Assembly: GCA_965228735.1 (NCBI GenBank)
Contig: OZ245838.1
Location: forward strand, 2,976,001-3,040,000
Direction: 5' to 3'
Source of the DNA: Planctomycetota bacterium
Lineage (GTDB): Bacteria > Planctomycetota > UBA1135 > UBA2386
Length of the DNA stretch: 64,000 bases
This document shows, piece by piece, positions 58,701 through 64,000 of this stretch. Under the pieces are notes generated by a model. The model worked only from the letters and a program-made list of their open reading frames with translations, was not told the DNA's origin and did not search any database. Made by a program: the position numbers and the translations under genes. Each line of letters starts with the position of its first letter. Position 1 is the stretch's first letter.

Positions 58701-60303
58701 CGCAGCCACGGAACCGACGACCGAAGCGGAACCGCACGCGCCCGAAGACGGCGCAGCGGCCGCCGGCGCCGGCAGCGACGAGCGGCGGCTGCATCCGTTC
58801 TCGTGGCTGTTCGTGCTCATCACCCGACTGCGGCCGTTCGTCCTCCCGGCGCTCGTGCTGCTGTTCGTCGGGCGCGGTTCGAGCTGGGAGCTCTGGGGCG
58901 CGCTCGGCGCCGTTCTGTTCGCGATCTACGCGCTGATCTACGCCTTCGGGTTCCGCTACCGCATCGCCGGCGAAGAGCTCATCGTGCGCGAGGGCGTGAT
59001 CTTCCGCACCGTGCGCCACGTGCCGTTCCAACGCGTCCAGAGCGTGGTGCAACGCCGCAACGCGCTGCATCGGATCTTCGGCGTGACGGAGCTGCGGCTC
59101 GAGTCCGCGGGCGGCACCAGGCCCGAGGCCGTGATGAACGTGATCACCGCGGCCGAGGCCGACCGCCTCGAACACCTGCTGCGATCCGGCGAACGCCGAG
59201 CGAGCGCCCGCAGCAACCTCGAGTCCGATGCCGACGCGGCCGCCGGCGACGGCGAGTCGGCCACGGCAGACGAGCGCGCGCCCGAAGTGCTGCAGCGCCT
59301 GACCGCCGGCGAAACCCTGCGACTCGGCCTCATCAGCAACCGGGGCTGGATCATCGTCGGCATGCTCGTCGGCCTCTACTGGCAGTTCGGCCCCGAGGAC
59401 GGCGAGATCTTCGAGTTCGTCAAGGACACGATCGGCGACCTGTTCAGCATCTGGGGCAACGACCAGTGGAGCGCGCTCGCCGGGCTCGGGCTGCTCGTGC
59501 CCGCGATCATCGCGTTCGGCCTCGTCCTCAAGCCCTTGTCGATGGTGATGACGTGGCTGCTGTTCCACGACTTCACGCTCACGCGCGACCACGGCCGACT
59601 CGCGAGCGTCGCCGGTCTGCTGACGCGCCGATCGGCCAGCGCCCGCGCGGAACGGATCCAACGCCTCACGGTGCGCGAGCCGCTGAGCGCGCGGCTGCTG
59701 CGCCGCCGCATGCTCGCATGCGATGTTGCCGTGCAACGCAGCGAGGGTGGCGACAACGACGAGATGAGCCGTCTGCACTGGCTCGCCCCGATCGCGACGC
59801 CCGCGGCGACCGGCGAGCTGATCCGGGAGCTGTCACCGGATCTCGCGCTGACGGAGCGTGACTGGCGACCGCTGCACCCGGCTGCGTGGCGGCGCGTGTT
59901 CAAGCGCTTCGTGCTGCTCGCGCTGATCGTCGGTGTGCCGCTGTGGCTGCCGCTGCGCGAGCTCACCGTCGTCCCGGTGATCGCGATCCTGGTCTACGGC
60001 TGGTTCCACGCGAGGGGCTGGGCGAGGTTCGCGGCGTGGTCCTTCGACGGGCGCACGTTCGCGTTCCGCGCCGGCTTCCTCATGCGCCAGTGGACCATCG
60101 CCCGCCTCGCGGACGGCCACGCCGTCGTGCTCGGCGAGACGCCGTTCGATCGCCGTCGCGAGATGGCGTCGGTGCGACTCACGACCCAGGGGGCGTCACG
60201 CGTCGGGTTCGGCCTGCGCGTGCCCTACCTGCCGGTCGGCGACGCCCGCACGCTCGCGCAGGAGCTGCAGGCCCGGGTCGCCGACGCTCGCGGTGAGCCA
60301 TAG
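58693..60303 (+). CDS. Multi-bPH_2-domain membrane protein (YdbT-like)
   Basis: RRLHPFS, EGVIFRTVRHVPFQRVQSV..FGVTELRLESAGG, three PH-like repeats; paired with YdbS-like gene. Confidence 0.87.
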   Translation: MRDAATEPTTEAEPHAPEDGAAAAGAGSDERRLHPFSWLFVLITRLRPFVLPALVLLFVGRGSSWELWGALGAVLFAIYALIYAFGFRYRIAGEELIVREGVIFRTVRHVPFQRVQSVVQRRNALHRIFGVTELRLESAGGTRPEAVMNVITAAEADRLEHLLRSGERRASARSNLESDADAAAGDGESATADERAPEVLQRLTAGETLRLGLISNRGWIIVGMLVGLYWQFGPEDGEIFEFVKDTIGDLFSIWGNDQWSALAGLGLLVPAIIAFGLVLKPLSMVMTWLLFHDFTLTRDHGRLASVAGLLTRRSASARAERIQRLTVREPLSARLLRRRMLACDVAVQRSEGGDNDEMSRLHWLAPIATPAATGELIRELSPDLALTERDWRPLHPAAWRRVFKRFVLLALIVGVPLWLPLRELTVVPVIAILVYGWFHARGWARFAAWSFDGRTFAFRAGFLMRQWTIARLADGHAVVLGETPFDRRREMASVRLTTQGASRVGFGLRVPYLPVGDARTLAQELQARVADARGEP

Positions 60304-60348
60304 TCGCGCACCGCACTGGCCAACTCTCCATGGTGTAGAGGGGCCCCT

Positions 60349-61500
60349 CTACACCATCTTGCCGTCGTTCTCGTTCGCGTCGGCGCTCGCAGCCGGCTGC
60401 CGCAGCCACTGCTTGTCGAAGTGTGAGTTCGCGACCAGGATGTCGCAGGTTCTGCAGACTTCGGGGTAGTCCCGATCGTTCATCCGGCGACGGAACTCGC
60501 GATACTTCTCGCCATTCCAGATCTCGGCCATCGACTGGTCGTTGACGTTGCCCATGAGCAGCTCGCGCGGGCCGCGGCAACACGGGAACACCTCGCCGCT
60601 GGGCTCGATCTTGACGTAGCTGGTGGCCATCGAGCAGAAGTGCGGGAAGCGCTCGCGCACCTCCTCGAGCATGACCGAGAGGATCTCGGGCGAGATCTCG
60701 CGGACCATCGGCGCTTGCATCGCGACGTTCCGCCGATACGGGTCGTCCATATCGACGTGGAAGATCATCCCGCGCTCGCGCGCGCGGTCGCACGCCCGGT
60801 CGATGTGCGCGATGATCTGCTCCTCGGTGTAGGCGGCGAACACGTTCTGGTCGCGGCAGCGCTCGGCGTTGTCGAGCATCGGCTGGATGCGCAGGTCGGA
60901 GCGCGATTCGACGGCGCCCAGATCGGCGAGGAAGTCGACGAGCTCGTCGAGGTGCTCGACGTTGTCCTTGACGAGAACGGCGACGAAACCAACCGGGATC
61001 CCGAGCTCGGCCGCGGCCGCGACGATCTCCTTCATGTTCGCGACGACCGTGTCGAAGTCGGCGCGGTCGCGCAACATCTCCAGGACTTCCTTCCTCGGGC
61101 TGTCGAACGAGATCCACAGCTTGTGCACGCGGTCGGCCATGTCACGGAACGCCTTGCCGTCGAGCAGCGTCGCGTTCGAGTACATGTTGAGGTAGACCTC
61201 GTGTTCGCGGCACTTCTGCAGCACCATCTTGAAGTTCGCGAGCATCGGCTCCGACAACGCGGACGGGGTCCACACCGACATCGTCGGCAGGATCTCGTCG
61301 AGCAGCTGCACCGCGTCGGCCGTCTTCATCACCTGGACCGGCAGGCCGTCGGCCTGCGCGCACATGATGCAGCGCAGGTTGCAGACGTTGTTGGGCGCGA
61401 ACTCGAGCCACGCCGGCTGTGCCGACCATTCTTCCGTGCGCGTCGCGAGGTCCGCGATCACGGAGTAATAGTTGCGGAGTTCGCGGGCGATTTTGGTCAT
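60349..61500 (-). CDS. Radical SAM protein with SPASM/Twitch domain
   Basis: NVCNLRCIMC; SNATLL; C-terminal CSM..IEPSGEVFPCC..GNV..EIWNG..CRTC. Confidence 0.9.
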   Translation of the reverse strand: MTKIARELRNYYSVIADLATRTEEWSAQPAWLEFAPNNVCNLRCIMCAQADGLPVQVMKTADAVQLLDEILPTMSVWTPSALSEPMLANFKMVLQKCREHEVYLNMYSNATLLDGKAFRDMADRVHKLWISFDSPRKEVLEMLRDRADFDTVVANMKEIVAAAAELGIPVGFVAVLVKDNVEHLDELVDFLADLGAVESRSDLRIQPMLDNAERCRDQNVFAAYTEEQIIAHIDRACDRARERGMIFHVDMDDPYRRNVAMQAPMVREISPEILSVMLEEVRERFPHFCSMATSYVKIEPSGEVFPCCRGPRELLMGNVNDQSMAEIWNGEKYREFRRRMNDRDYPEVCRTCDILVANSHFDKQWLRQPAASADANENDGKMV

Positions 61501-61874
61501 GAACGGTCGGAGGCGGATTGGCAGTCGGGGCGCGGTCGAACCGACGCCCGCTGATGCGAGCCTACGACACCCGATCGGCATCGACGACCCTCACTCTTCG
61601 GCTCGCTACAGCCGGTTCGTCGCGCGAACGCGGCAAAGGTCGATCGCACCGCGTGATCCGTCCGCCGGTCCGGCCCAAAGGCGCGCGCGGCTCCGCCAGA
61701 ATCACGAACCCGTGAACACGGCCCGCCGCAATCCTCGCGAAACTACTTCACCGCCAACCGGATTTCTGCCCTCGTCGGGCGCCGTTCCTGAGGGAGAATG
61801 CTTCCCCGGTTTTGCGATCTCCCGCCACGTTCAGGCGTTCGGCAAGACCGGATGATCTGCCCCTCCAGACTCTC

Positions 61875-63599
61875 ATGCGAATCAAGACGCTCCTCGCGGC
61901 CGGCCTGCTGGCCGCCACCGCCACCTCCCAGGACTGCCTCTTCTCCGGCAACACCCCGCCGGGCACCGATCTCATGCTCGGCGACGACCAGACGGTCACG
62001 CTGCCGCTGCCCTTCTCGTTGCCGTGGAACGGCGGCACGGTCGACGCCATCTCGATCTGCTCCAACGGCTACGTCTGGCTCGGCGTCGAGACCAGCGTCG
62101 ATTGGTCGGACTCGGAAGCCGAGTTCCTGTCCCAGGGCCCGCGCCTCGCGCCGTGCTGGGACGACCTCAACCCGTCTGCTGGCGGTGCGGTCTACTACAA
62201 CGAGACCGCGACGCAGGTCTCGGTCGTCTGGCAGGACGTGCCGTACTTCGGCCAGACCACCAACCTCGCGAACATGGAGCTCGTGATCTCCATCAGCGGC
62301 ACGATCTACTTCCACTACGGCGCGAACCACTCCGTCCACACGAGCTCGGCCATCACCGGCATCACGGTCGGTGGCGGCGCCACGCCGAACGCGCTCGACA
62401 TCTCGGGCAACCCGGCGATCGTCGGCGCGACCGGCTACGAGCTGTTCGCCGGTGGAGCGTTCGACCTGAGCGGGCTCACCCTCGCGCTCACGCCGACGAC
62501 CGCCACCGACTACCAGGTCAGCCAGACGAGCTTGCCAGGCTGCCCGGCGACGCAGGGCCCGAACCTCACCCCCGCCGCCAGCACGACGTTCGGCATGGGC
62601 TGCCCGTCCGCCGGCACGGTCCCGACCGGCAACTGGTACGAAGAGTTCTCGGCCTCGACGCTCGACGTCAACAACCAGAGCTACCTCTACGTCTACGCCG
62701 GCACGACCTACGTGATGGTCCCGGGCGGCGGTTGGGACACCAACTTCGGCACGCCGGTCACCCTCGGTGACGACACCCAGGTCAACGTCTCCCTCGCGGG
62801 GATGGGTGGCCTGCCGTTCCTCGGCCAGACGCTGCAGTCGATCGACATGTGCTCGAACGGCTTCTTCTGGATGGCCCCCAACACCAGCAACGACTTCTCG
62901 CCGACCGCGCAGGAGTTCGCCGACCAGGGTCCGCGCATCGCGCCGTGCTGGATGGACCTCAGCCCCAACAACGGCGGCACGGTCTACTGGAACGAGACCC
63001 CGGCCTACTGCATGGGCACGTGGGAGAACGTCCCGTCGTACGGCAACCCCGGCACGTCGGCCAACACGTTCCAGATCAAGTTCTTCCCGGACGGCAGCGT
63101 CGAGGTCAACTACATGACCGTCGACAACAACGCGACGCTCGCCGACGAGGCGATCATCGGCTTCAGCTCGGGCGTCGGCCAGCCGACGCCACCGGTGGAC
63201 GTGTCGATGTTCGTCGGCGGCGCGTTCGACATCGCGCCGCCGCCGGTGCCGCTCACCCACACCCCGGACACGGACCCCGTCATCGGCACGAGCTACGATC
63301 TCACGACGGTGGACGCGCCGATCGGCAGCGTCTTCGGCGCGACGTTCGTCGGCTTCAACCAGCTGAACATCCCGCTGGGCGGCCTCGGCGCGCCGAACTG
63401 CACGCAGTACGCGGAGAACCTGGCCGTGTTCCTCTCGGTCCTCAACGGTTCGACGACGTTCACGCACTCGCTCCCGGTGCCGTTCTCGCTCGACTTCATC
63501 GGCGTGACGTTCATCTCGCAGGGTGCGGTCTACGAGCCGAGCCTCAACCCGCTCGGCGTCGCGTCCAGCAACGGCGCGACGGGCACGATCGGCACCTAG
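61875..63599 (+). CDS. Secreted protein with two nidogen(NIDO)-like domains and shared C-terminal domain
   Basis: Signal peptide MRIKTLLAAGLLAATATSQ; two LGDD..CSNG..GPR(L/I)APCW.DL.P..GG.VY..ET units; ends NPLGVASSNG. Confidence 0.8.
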   Translation: MRIKTLLAAGLLAATATSQDCLFSGNTPPGTDLMLGDDQTVTLPLPFSLPWNGGTVDAISICSNGYVWLGVETSVDWSDSEAEFLSQGPRLAPCWDDLNPSAGGAVYYNETATQVSVVWQDVPYFGQTTNLANMELVISISGTIYFHYGANHSVHTSSAITGITVGGGATPNALDISGNPAIVGATGYELFAGGAFDLSGLTLALTPTTATDYQVSQTSLPGCPATQGPNLTPAASTTFGMGCPSAGTVPTGNWYEEFSASTLDVNNQSYLYVYAGTTYVMVPGGGWDTNFGTPVTLGDDTQVNVSLAGMGGLPFLGQTLQSIDMCSNGFFWMAPNTSNDFSPTAQEFADQGPRIAPCWMDLSPNNGGTVYWNETPAYCMGTWENVPSYGNPGTSANTFQIKFFPDGSVEVNYMTVDNNATLADEAIIGFSSGVGQPTPPVDVSMFVGGAFDIAPPPVPLTHTPDTDPVIGTSYDLTTVDAPIGSVFGATFVGFNQLNIPLGGLGAPNCTQYAENLAVFLSVLNGSTTFTHSLPVPFSLDFIGVTFISQGAVYEPSLNPLGVASSNGATGTIGT

Positions 63600-63691
63600 G
63601 CCAGCAGTCAGCCCGAGCAGCCGCGATCCTGCCGCGGCGCGCCATACCATCTGGCCCATCGCGGCTACGTCGGCGGTATGGTCGCGCCACG

Positions 63692-64000
63692 ATGCGCAAC
63701 GAATCGACGCAGGATCCCGGCGGCCGCCCCGCCGTTCGGCTGCAGGCCGACGGCACCGGCGATGACGTCGTCATCGCCGCGACCGGCGCGCAGGTGCTGC
63801 GATGGCACCGCCGCGGCCGCGACGTCCTCTGGACCGCGAGCGCGCCGGCCTTCGATCCAGGCAAGCCCGTGCGCGGCGGCGTGCCGATCGTGTTCCCCTG
63901 GTTCGGCGACCACCGGAGCGATCCGGATCTGCCGGCCCATGGCTTCGTTCGCAACCGCGACTGGCAACGCGAACCGCTCGATCCGGACTCGGCAGCCGCG
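63692..64000 (+). CDS. D-hexose-6-phosphate mutarotase (aldose 1-epimerase family), 3'-truncated by window edge
   Basis: Translated by hand: GAQVLRW..DVLW..GKPVRGGVPIVFPWFG..PAHGFVRN; absent from ORF track because no stop lies in the window. Confidence 0.88.
   Translation, partial: MRNESTQDPGGRPAVRLQADGTGDDVVIAATGAQVLRWHRRGRDVLWTASAPAFDPGKPVRGGVPIVFPWFGDHRSDPDLPAHGFVRNRDWQREPLDPDSAAA

Overview
High-GC bacterial window, most consistent with a Planctomycetota genome (inferred from ECF-sigma/carboxypeptidase-like fusions, a prenyltransferase-repeat protein and many secreted proteins). About 50 real genes are recognisable. Housekeeping and common genes include thiE, queA, rlmH, a Glu/Leu/Phe/Val dehydrogenase, KamA-like and other radical SAM enzymes, a hybrid histidine kinase, a sialidase, a DAACS symporter, a K+ channel and a VOC-ArsR-SRPBCC operon. 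No rRNA, tRNA, CRISPR array or transposase was seen. The most notable part is 28-50 kb. It holds (i) a selenoprotein split by the ORF track: a signal peptide/TPR-like/AhpC-TSA redoxin with an in-frame UGA forming a UxxC motif and a SECIS-like hairpin; (ii) a translationally coupled operon for a 13-Cys secreted mini-protein, a DUF1573 protein, membrane-anchored proteins and a MauE/DoxX-CxxC protein, preceded by a degenerate phage-methyltransferase-like gene; (iii) an ECF sigma/anti-sigma/CHAT protease operon; and (iv) two ECF-sigma-TM-carboxypeptidase-like fusions, one flanked by paralogous SxxC thioredoxin-helical proteins. Other features are a C-terminal domain shared by four secreted proteins, two copies of a 119-bp REPIN-like element with compensatory changes, an ERIC/MITE-like hairpin, a tandem triplication of the queA 5' end and a tipA-type MerR promoter. 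All family calls come from motif recognition by eye; no database searches were run.
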